Assembly: GCA_964605505.1 (NCBI GenBank)
Contig: CAZSDD010000001.1
Span: forward strand, 32,840 to 96,839
Direction: 5' to 3'
Source: an uncultured Gemmatimonadaceae bacterium
GTDB taxonomy: Bacteria; Gemmatimonadota; Gemmatimonadetes; Longimicrobiales; Gaopeijiaceae
DNA length: 64,000 bases
Shown here: positions 53,454-61,216 of the stretch, one piece after another
Numbering within the stretch: the first letter of the stretch is position 1
Layout: every line of letters begins with the position of its first letter
Position numbers and translations under genes: made by a program
The notes under the pieces: generated by a model
What the model saw: the letters and a program-made list of their open reading frames with translations, nothing else
Database searches by the model: none
What the model was told of the DNA's origin: nothing

Positions 53454-55774
53454 GGGGATGGCCGGATGTTCACGGATGGCACCGGGACCATCTCCGGCCG
53501 GTGACACGGAAATGGGGGAAGGAGGGCCTCAGGTTTCGGTCCGCTTCCCGCGTCCCTGGTGCTCTGACTCTGGCGCTGCTTCTGCTTTCGACGCCGACCG
53601 GGGCCCAGGTGTCGGGGGGCGCCGGGGAGGGGGATCCGGCACCCGCTTCGGCCCGGGATCCGGAGGCCATGCCCAGACCCCGGGCCCGGGCCATCCGAAC
53701 CGCTCTGCCCATCAGGCTGGACGGGGTCCTGGACGACGAGGCCTGGGCGGCGGCGGAACCCATCAGCGGGTTCGTACAGTCCATGCCGGATGCCGGAGCC
53801 CCGGCCACGGAAGAGACGGTGGTGAGGGTGCTCTACGATGAGGAGAACCTCTATATCGGGGCCCTCATGAGGGATTCGGAGCCATCCGAAATCATCGCCC
53901 AGTACCTGAACCAGGACTTCGAAACCCACGACGACGATGTATTCGCCGTTACGCTGGACACCTTCAAGGATCGGCGAAACTCCTTCATGTTCCTCATCAA
54001 TCCCAATGGGGCCGTGAAGGACGGGCAGACGTTCGACAACTCCAGGACCATCAACCTGGCCTGGGAGGGGGTCATCCACATCGAAACCTCCGTGCACCAT
54101 GAAGGCTGGACGGCGGAAGTGGCCATTCCTTTCACCACACTGCGATTCGATCCCACCGAAGGAGAGCAGTCCTGGGGCATGAACTTCCTCAGGAGGATCC
54201 GGCGCAAGAACGAGGACTCCTACTGGGCCCCGGTGGATCGGAGGACCCGGGTCCACACCATGGCCTATGGGGGGACCGTGTCGGGCTTTTCCGGCCTTCC
54301 CCGTCCCCGGAACCTTACCCTGAAGCCCTACGTCATGGCGGCAGACGCTTCGGGCCTCCTGCAGGAGCCGGCGGACCGGGGCCGCAGAGGGGACTTCGGC
54401 CTGGACCTGAAGTACGGGGTCACTCCCCGCCTGACCCTGGACCTGACCTACGGGACGGACTTCTCCCAGGTGGAGGTGGACCAGGAGAGAGTGAATCTCA
54501 CCCGGTTCTCCCTCTTCTTTCCGGAGAAGCGGGACTTCTTCATGGAGAATTCCGGGGTGTTCTCCTTCGGAGATCTTTCAGAGCGGAATTTCCGGATGGG
54601 AGCGTCTCCCCGGGACTTCACCCTTTTTCACTCCCGGCGCATCGGACTGGTGGACGGACGTCCCGTTCCCATCCAGGCCGGCGGCCGGCTTACGGGGTCG
54701 GCCGGCGGCATGGATCTTGGCTTCCTGGGCATGCGGACGGAGTCGGGCCAGGGGCTTCCCCGGGAGAATCTGGCCGTGGCCCGGCTTCGAAGGAGCTTCT
54801 CCTCCGGCCTGCAGGTGGGTGGGCTCTTCGCCAACCGGGAGGCCGGGGGGCCTGGAGCCCCGGATTACAACCGAAGCTTCGGCGTCGATCTGAACTACGC
54901 CCTGGGTGGAAACCTCCTCTTCCATTCCTATCTGGCGGCCACGGACTATCCGGGGGTGGAAGGAAACAACCGAGCGGCTCGGGTCTCTGCCGCCTTCCGG
55001 AATCAGTTCTGGGACGTTTCGGCTCTCTTCCGAGAGATTGGAGGCGCCTTCGATCCGGGGCTGGGGTTTGTGGCCCGACGGGGAATCCGCCACAGCTACG
55101 GGACGGCAGGCATTCATCCCAGACCGGAGATGCCCGGGATTCTGGAGTTGAACCCCTACCTGGAGATGCACTACATCACCAACCTGGCCTCGGCCCTGGA
55201 AACCAGGGAGGGAACCGCCGGCCTGGGCATCCTCTTCACCGACGGGAGCCGGCTCAGGAGCCACGTGTCGGACCGCTTCGAGGCCATCAAGAGCGCCTTC
55301 CAGGTGGCCGGGCAGGGAGAAGTGCCGGCAGGAGCCTACCGGTTCACCGAGGCGTCCCTCAGCTATGCCACCAATGCGGCCCGCCCCCTCTCCGGGGAGC
55401 TGGAGATCGGAGGTGGGGAGTTCTACAACGGGAAGCGCACCTCCCTGACGCTCTCGGGAAACTGGCGGCCCAGCAGGCACGTGGCGTTGGACCTGCAGGC
55501 CCAGCGGAACGATATCTCCCTTCCCGCCGATCACTTCACCGCCGACGTCCTGGGGGCGAGGGTGGATTTCGCAGGCTCCCGGCGAATCTTCCTGAACTCC
55601 TTCGTCCAGTACAACACGGCCTCGGAGGAGGTGGTGACGAATATTCGTCTGAATGTCATCCACTCCCCCCTCAGCGATCTGTTCCTGGTTTTCTCCGAGC
55701 GAAGGGACGTGGACCAGGGCGTGGTCCTGGAGCGGGAGATCACTCTGAAGGGCACGAAGCTCCTTTCCTTCTGA
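53450..55774 (+). CDS. CBM9-like/DUF5916 family outer-membrane protein
   Basis: Signal peptide, then IRLDGVLDDEAWAAAEPISGFVQ ... VRVLYDEENLYIGALM ... DVFAVTLDTFKDRRNSFMFLINPNG ... WTAEVAIPFTTLRF, followed by a long barrel-like region. The ATG at 53450 overlaps the corA stop (ATGA). Confidence 0.75.
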   Translation: MRGWPDVHGWHRDHLRPVTRKWGKEGLRFRSASRVPGALTLALLLLSTPTGAQVSGGAGEGDPAPASARDPEAMPRPRARAIRTALPIRLDGVLDDEAWAAAEPISGFVQSMPDAGAPATEETVVRVLYDEENLYIGALMRDSEPSEIIAQYLNQDFETHDDDVFAVTLDTFKDRRNSFMFLINPNGAVKDGQTFDNSRTINLAWEGVIHIETSVHHEGWTAEVAIPFTTLRFDPTEGEQSWGMNFLRRIRRKNEDSYWAPVDRRTRVHTMAYGGTVSGFSGLPRPRNLTLKPYVMAADASGLLQEPADRGRRGDFGLDLKYGVTPRLTLDLTYGTDFSQVEVDQERVNLTRFSLFFPEKRDFFMENSGVFSFGDLSERNFRMGASPRDFTLFHSRRIGLVDGRPVPIQAGGRLTGSAGGMDLGFLGMRTESGQGLPRENLAVARLRRSFSSGLQVGGLFANREAGGPGAPDYNRSFGVDLNYALGGNLLFHSYLAATDYPGVEGNNRAARVSAAFRNQFWDVSALFREIGGAFDPGLGFVARRGIRHSYGTAGIHPRPEMPGILELNPYLEMHYITNLASALETREGTAGLGILFTDGSRLRSHVSDRFEAIKSAFQVAGQGEVPAGAYRFTEASLSYATNAARPLSGELEIGGGEFYNGKRTSLTLSGNWRPSRHVALDLQAQRNDISLPADHFTADVLGARVDFAGSRRIFLNSFVQYNTASEEVVTNIRLNVIHSPLSDLFLVFSERRDVDQGVVLEREITLKGTKLLSF

Positions 55775-55863
55775 GGGCAGGGGTCTGCCGCCTGACCACC
55801 GGTGAAGGGTGGACGGCGGACTCAGTCAGCCCTTCTCTCCGGGTCATCCGCCGCGACAGACGA

Positions 55864-55895
55864 TGGAGAGCCCCGCCTTTCGACGGGGCTCTCTC
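55864..55895. terminator. strong hairpin between convergent genes (probable bidirectional terminator)
   Basis: GGAGAGCCCCG-cctttcga-CGGGGCTCTCC, an 11-bp perfect stem with no long U-tract on either side. Confidence 0.55.
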
Positions 55896-55998
55896 CGGAT
55901 CCTGGGGATCATTCCGGCCCGGGGTCCGGCTCACCCATTCCCCGCCGGAAGGGGGCCGGAGTGACCCGGCTCCCCGCTCCAGGCGGAATCGGCCTACT

Positions 55999-58608
55999 TC
56001 ATCCCTCGAACTCTCCCACCGGCACCGGGTTCTTTACCCATTTGTCCAGCCAGGCCACCCAGCGGGCCCAGAGGTCCAGGAGGGTTTCCCGGGCGGCGGG
56101 TCCGTGATCCTCCCAGGGATAAAGGTACATGGCGGCGTCCTTCCCCAGCCCGTTCAGGGCGTGAAACATCCGGGGAGAGTGGATGGGGAAGGTACCCACG
56201 TTCTGATCGAAGAGCCCGTGGTACATGAGGAGGGCCCCGGTGAGGTCGTCGGCCCTGAAGAAGGGCGACATGTCGATGTAGACGTGGGGAGCGTCCCAGA
56301 AGATCCGCCGCTCGCTCTGGAAGCTCAGGGGCGTGAGGGTCCGGTTGTAATTGCCGTCGCCGGCGATCCCCGCCTTGAAGAAGGGGGTGTTGACCATAGC
56401 GTTTGCGGTGCCGAAGGCCCCATAGGAATGGCCTCCGATGCCCAGGCGGTCCCGATCCACCCATCCCCGCTCAGAAATGGTATCGATGACGGCCGCCAGG
56501 CTATTCCGGAGATCCCGGACGTAGTTGTCGTTCCGGTAGTGCATCTCCGGGCCCACGATGGGGAGGTCCGGCTGCACGATGACGTATCCTTCCCGGATCA
56601 GGTACTCGATGGAGCGGGTGCCGAAGCGGGGAAAGCTGTTCTTGTTGTAGGTCCTCAGGGATTCCAGGTAGTCTTCCTGACCGGTGTATTCCCTGGGATA
56701 GAACCAGAACATGGCGGGCCTGGCTTCACCGGGACGGTAGTCGTTGGGCAGGGTGACCTGGATCCGGTACTCGAAGCCGTCGGGTCGCCGGATCATGAAG
56801 GTGTGCCGCTGGGCATCGACCAGGTCCGGGGCGTAATTCCGGTTTTCGGTGATCCGGGTGAGGTTGTCGCCCTCCCTCAGGTAGGATTGGGGCACCTCGG
56901 TGGGGCTTTCCCTGGACACCACGAACCGGCGGGCCTCCAGGTCCACGGCGGTGAGGAAATTCTCGAAGACGCCGTCGTTGTCGCCCTCATATATGCGGGT
57001 CTTCTCATCTCCCCGGATGGCCACCCGGTCGATGAAGTCAAAGGGGCCCACTTCCAGGAAGTCTTCGTGGTAGCGGGTCCCCTGGAGGAACACGGAGGTT
57101 CCGTCGGCGGAAAGCTGGACGGTGGCCCCGGAGCTTCCCGGAGCGCCGCCGCCCCGGCGGAACCCGCCCCCGCCGCTTCCGGCCCTGGCCGTCATGAGGG
57201 AGCCGGGATCGGCGTAGAAGTCGTCCGGGTCGTGCTTGAAGATGGTGTGCTTCTCCTCGGCGTCGTCCAGATAGACGGCGAAGACGTGGTCGTTTCCTCC
57301 CTGGCGCTCACCTGCGAAGAGGATGTCCATCTCCGGGGAGAAGCGGTGCCATGCCATGCGGGTGTTCTGTTCGTAGAGGACCGTCCTGGCATCGTCGTCG
57401 AAGGGCGGAACCCACCGAATGACCCTGTCTTTGCGTCGGTCGTTCTCTCCCTCTCCCTCCTCCTCTTCCTCCCGGGCCTCGGCCTGGGCGGTCCCGGTGG
57501 TGTCGGGAGGCGGGTCCTGGATCAGGTAGGTCAGGCCGTTCCCGTCCGGAGCCCACGCCATGTCCCTGGGTTCCGGCTCGTCGTCATCCTCATCGTCCTG
57601 GTCGGAAACCCCCAGGCTCGGCACGTCTTCTTTCATGGCCGCCAGGACGTTCCCCTCCCGGTCCCAGATCTCCTCGGTGGTGGCTACCTGGCTCACGGGA
57701 ACCACGTAGTGGAAGTCCCCGGTAACCCGGGTCACCCGGGCGTACATCCCATCGGGAGAAAAGTCGAAGCTCTGGATTATCGTGGGCTGGCCCACATTGA
57801 CGGTGCGGCGATTATCCGCCTGGATCAAGGCCAACTGGCCGGTGAGGTGCCACTCGGCCAACTCCTTCTCCCAGGGGGTGCCGATGAGGCTCTGGTAGGT
57901 CCGGAGGAGGTTCTTGCCCTCGTAGGTCAGCGTGACCTCCGGCCCCTCCGGAACCGGCGGCTCCATGGGCATGCCCCCCCGATCTTCCGGCATCAGGACC
58001 GTACCGATGAACCGGGAATCGTCGGTCCACTGGAAGTTCGTGACGGCGGTGGCCAGGACCGGGCGCCGGGTCAGCTGCTGGGAGCGCCCGCTGGAGGCAT
58101 CGGCCACATAGATGTGGGTCCGGTCGTTGAAATGGGCGAAGAAAGCCACCCGGCCACCGTCGGGAGACCACTGGGCCCCGGAAACCCTGGCGCCGTCGGG
58201 CACCTGAATGTCCCGGACCTCTCCGTCCAGAGAGATGAGCTTGATCCCCACGTTGGACCGGATTGTGAGGTTCCGGTGCCGGTTGGCCTGGAAGTCCACG
58301 AAGAGTCCGCCCAGCTCGTGGAAGGGTTTGGCCAGGGTGGCGATGGGAGGCGGTCCACCGCTGACCTCCTCGAGGAACCAACTCCTGTCGGCATTGGGTT
58401 CCGTAAGACTGACGTTCAGGTACCAGGGAGCCAGCACGGCCTCGGAGATGGTCTCCGGCGGGGTGACGTACCCCTCCGCGCTGAGAATCCGGTCCGGGTC
58501 CGAGGCTTGCCCCTGGACCACGGATTGGGGCATGGAAAGCCCCAGGGCAAGAAGAAGACAGAAAAAAGCTCCTTTGAACGGAAGTTTCAGGAAGGGAGTT
58601 GGACGCAT
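55999..58608 (-). CDS. secreted S9-family serine peptidase (beta-propeller plus prolyl oligopeptidase/DPP-like catalytic domain)
   Basis: Signal peptide MRPTPFLKLPFKGAFFCLLLALGLS. TolB-like propeller repeats. The catalytic domain has GIGGHSYGAFGT (GxSxG). ATG 58608. Confidence 0.85.
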   Translation of the reverse strand: MRPTPFLKLPFKGAFFCLLLALGLSMPQSVVQGQASDPDRILSAEGYVTPPETISEAVLAPWYLNVSLTEPNADRSWFLEEVSGGPPPIATLAKPFHELGGLFVDFQANRHRNLTIRSNVGIKLISLDGEVRDIQVPDGARVSGAQWSPDGGRVAFFAHFNDRTHIYVADASSGRSQQLTRRPVLATAVTNFQWTDDSRFIGTVLMPEDRGGMPMEPPVPEGPEVTLTYEGKNLLRTYQSLIGTPWEKELAEWHLTGQLALIQADNRRTVNVGQPTIIQSFDFSPDGMYARVTRVTGDFHYVVPVSQVATTEEIWDREGNVLAAMKEDVPSLGVSDQDDEDDDEPEPRDMAWAPDGNGLTYLIQDPPPDTTGTAQAEAREEEEEGEGENDRRKDRVIRWVPPFDDDARTVLYEQNTRMAWHRFSPEMDILFAGERQGGNDHVFAVYLDDAEEKHTIFKHDPDDFYADPGSLMTARAGSGGGGFRRGGGAPGSSGATVQLSADGTSVFLQGTRYHEDFLEVGPFDFIDRVAIRGDEKTRIYEGDNDGVFENFLTAVDLEARRFVVSRESPTEVPQSYLREGDNLTRITENRNYAPDLVDAQRHTFMIRRPDGFEYRIQVTLPNDYRPGEARPAMFWFYPREYTGQEDYLESLRTYNKNSFPRFGTRSIEYLIREGYVIVQPDLPIVGPEMHYRNDNYVRDLRNSLAAVIDTISERGWVDRDRLGIGGHSYGAFGTANAMVNTPFFKAGIAGDGNYNRTLTPLSFQSERRIFWDAPHVYIDMSPFFRADDLTGALLMYHGLFDQNVGTFPIHSPRMFHALNGLGKDAAMYLYPWEDHGPAARETLLDLWARWVAWLDKWVKNPVPVGEFEG

Positions 58609-58750
58609 GAAAATCCTCCGTGGAAGAGATTCCCCGGGGAGAAACGGGGAAAGTCGAGCCCGATTCCGGGTGCCGAATTCCTGGAAAAGTGCGAAAGAAC
58701 GGGCAGCTTTGCCAGGGGGGCCGGGGGACGGCCGGGTGGGGAGGGACGAA

Positions 58751-58810
58751 AGAGAGAAGGGGCCAGGGAGGATTCTCCCCCGACCCCTCTCTCTTTTCCA
58801 TCGCTTTTTC
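58751..58810 (+). terminator. intrinsic-terminator-like hairpin whose U-tract is on the plus strand, with no plus-strand gene upstream
   Basis: AGAGAGAAGGGG ... CCCCTCTCTCT (11 bp, one bulge) with an inner GGGAG/CTCCC stem. It is followed by TTTTCCATCGCTTTTTCGTTT. The minus-strand tail is only TTCGTCC. Confidence 0.45.
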
Positions 58811-58899
58811 GTTTCCGTCACTTCTCCGTCGGTTGAACGTTTCTCCCGGCGGATCGCCGGCTTCAGCCGGTGGGTCGTGAGGTGCCGGAGAAGGGACCT

Positions 58900-59076
58900 C
58901 TACTTCACCAGGTGAACGTCACTGTGGGGAACACAGCCGGCGCTACGGAAGTCGTTGTTCCTGACGCTGGCTTCCTTGTCGCAAATCCAGGTCTCGCCCT
59001 GGCTGTCCACGTGAAAAGCGACGGGACGAGCGCTCTGCTTCACGATTCCGTTACCGATCTTGGCCTTCTTGGACAT
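58900..59076 (-). CDS. small hypothetical protein (58 aa)
   Basis: ATG 59076 is preceded by AAGGGAGGA with 5-nt spacing. Sequence: MSKKAKIGNGIVKQSARPVAFHVDSQGETWICDKEASVRNNDFRSAGCVPHSDVHLVK. I recognise no family. Confidence 0.6.
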   Translation of the reverse strand: MSKKAKIGNGIVKQSARPVAFHVDSQGETWICDKEASVRNNDFRSAGCVPHSDVHLVK

Positions 59077-59495
59077 TGGATCCTCCCTTTTCAGTCGTTG
59101 ATCGAACCTGTTCTGTCGTCCATCGAAAGAATTGACGATGCCGTTCTGGTGTAGCACCGTTGCCAATCACTAGTTTAATCTATGTCTAAGATTATGGCCG
59201 GTCAACCCTCTCGAAAGATTTCTTGCCGGACGAAGAGAAGGCCCCCCGCTCAGGGGACCATGGAGCCTGCCCGAGTGATGTCGGACAGGCTCCTGTTTCC
59301 ACTGTGTCATGAACGGAGGGACGGAAGGGGTGGAGATGCGAGCGGTTTCGCGGGCAGGTAGCGGGCGGACGGCGTGAATGTCGGCAATCCGCGGGCCGAA
59401 TGACGGAAATCCCTATCAATCTCCGACGTGAAATCCACTTTGCTGGCAGAGTTGAGGAGCTTGGGGGAATTCACCACTGTGAGAGCAGAGTGGTC

Positions 59496-59879
59496 CTATG
59501 CAAACAGAGAGTTCCGGATCACCAGGATCCCTGCCGCCACCAGGGCCAGAGCCACACCGACTCCGAGGACGTGGATCTTGTAGTCCCTCTCCTCCCGGGG
59601 CCTTCGGCGGTTGGCCGAGTAGGTCATCTGGGCCAGGGCCGCGGCGGCCATGGTGAATACCATGTGGAGGCCCAGGGGCCCGCTGAAGAAGCGGTAGGTG
59701 AAGATCAGCAGGAAGCCCAGGACCACCTGCACGTAGAGAGAGATGGTAAATGCCGCCGCCAGGTCCCACATGCGCTTCCGGTAGGGGTGCTTTCCCATGA
59801 GGCCCCAGAGGGCATACCCGAAGGCTGCCAGCCCCGCGAGGTAGACGGCGTATCTGAGCCAGGAGTGAAGGGCGTACAT
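59496..59879 (-). CDS. hypothetical integral membrane protein (four predicted TM helices)
   Basis: 127 aa and hydrophobic (LRYAVYLAGLAAFGYALWGL, AAFTISLYVQVVLGFLLIF, MVFTMAAAALAQM, VLGVGVALALVAAGILVI). Confidence 0.6.
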   Translation of the reverse strand: MYALHSWLRYAVYLAGLAAFGYALWGLMGKHPYRKRMWDLAAAFTISLYVQVVLGFLLIFTYRFFSGPLGLHMVFTMAAAALAQMTYSANRRRPREERDYKIHVLGVGVALALVAAGILVIRNSLFA

Positions 59880-59999
59880 CCGCAGGGTCCCCCGTCCACG
59901 TTAGACGGCAAATGGCGTTCGCTGGAATGGGCAGTTGAAGACTATAGCTCCACCGCCTCCGGTCAATGTCGGATCTCTACCGGGCAGCCGATTCCCGAA

Positions 60000-61160
60000 T
60001 CAAGGCCTGCCCTCGAGAAAGAAGTCGGCCACCGCCCGGGCGTTCTCCGTCTGACCGGCGCCCTGAATGTTGGTGAGGATGGCGACCACCACTTCAGCTT
60101 CAGGATAGATGACCAGGACAGTGGTGCCCCCCACAGCCCCGCCCGTGTGATGGACGACCCTGCGCCCCTCCTGGAAGCTCTCCCGCCAGCCGATTCCGTA
60201 TCCTGTCCGCCGGCCGGCACGGGTGACCTGGGATGTCCACAGGAGCTCCACGGTTTCAGGCCGGAGGAGGGTGCCGTCCAGGTGTGCGAAGCCGAATCTC
60301 ACCAGATCCTCGGCGGTGGAAAGAAAGCCCCCCCCGGACCACTTGTTGGAATTGTCCACGTAGGGGGCGTTGATGATGCGGCCGTCCTCGGTACTGTGAT
60401 ATGCCCGGGACCGGTGATAGATCAGGGAGTCCACGTGCTCCGCGACTGTCTCGTCCATGCCGGCGGGATGGAACACCGCCCGCCGCATGTACTCCAGGAA
60501 CGGCTCTCCCGCGGCCTCCTGCACCACGGCGGAAATGAGATTCCATCCGTAGGTGGAGTACTCGTACGCCGTGCCGGGCTCGTGAAGGAGCGTGTCACCG
60601 GCAAAGATCTCCAGGCCCTCCGTCACGTCGTCGTAGTGGGCCATGGACTGGAATTCCTGCCCCCGGTAGTGTCGGACCCCCGCCAGGTGTCCCCCCAGAA
60701 GACGCGTGGTGACGGGCCAGCGCTTTACGGGGAACTCGGGAACGTACTCCTGCACCGGGGCGTCCAGGTCCAGAGTCCCGTCCTCCACCAGCTTCCCCAC
60801 GGCGGCGGCCGTTAGGGACTTGGATATGGAGGCGACCCGGAATTTCGTCTCGGGCCATACGGGCACCCGGTTCTCCAGATCCGCCCAACCGAAGCCCTCG
60901 GCCCAGACCATCTCCCCCTGAACCCCGACGGCGACGGAGAGGCCGGGAATCCCCTGCTCTTCCATGCGGCTCAGAAGGTGCTCCCGGGCACGGTCCACAG
61001 CGGGAGCCCACGGCCCGGGGGCCGGAGCCAGCGCCGGGGGCGGCAGCTCCTGGGCCCCCAGCTCCGGGGCGTCCAGGAGCATCCCGGGAACCACGAAGCC
61101 CATGGAGAGGAATCCTGCCAGCGCCAGTGAGATCGAACCGCGAGTCCTGAATTGAATCAT
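60000..61160 (-). CDS. serine hydrolase, beta-lactamase class C/PBP4*-like family
   Basis: Signal peptide. FRVASISKSLTAAAVGKLVEDG (SxxK motif), YSTYGW (YxN-like position), HTGGAVGG. Confidence 0.85.
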   Translation of the reverse strand: MIQFRTRGSISLALAGFLSMGFVVPGMLLDAPELGAQELPPPALAPAPGPWAPAVDRAREHLLSRMEEQGIPGLSVAVGVQGEMVWAEGFGWADLENRVPVWPETKFRVASISKSLTAAAVGKLVEDGTLDLDAPVQEYVPEFPVKRWPVTTRLLGGHLAGVRHYRGQEFQSMAHYDDVTEGLEIFAGDTLLHEPGTAYEYSTYGWNLISAVVQEAAGEPFLEYMRRAVFHPAGMDETVAEHVDSLIYHRSRAYHSTEDGRIINAPYVDNSNKWSGGGFLSTAEDLVRFGFAHLDGTLLRPETVELLWTSQVTRAGRRTGYGIGWRESFQEGRRVVHHTGGAVGGTTVLVIYPEAEVVVAILTNIQGAGQTENARAVADFFLEGRP

Positions 61161-61216
61161 GGAGAATCCCCTGGGAACGAGATCTGGAATGACGGTGGAG
61201 GGCAGGGGGGCGGTGG

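Noticed and set aside
59153-59166. TTGGCAACGGTGCT on the minus strand upstream of the 58-aa gene looked like a sigma-54 -24/-12 element.
   Set aside because: The GG-to-GC spacing is 9 nt instead of the canonical 12, so it does not fit TGGCAC-N5-TTGC.
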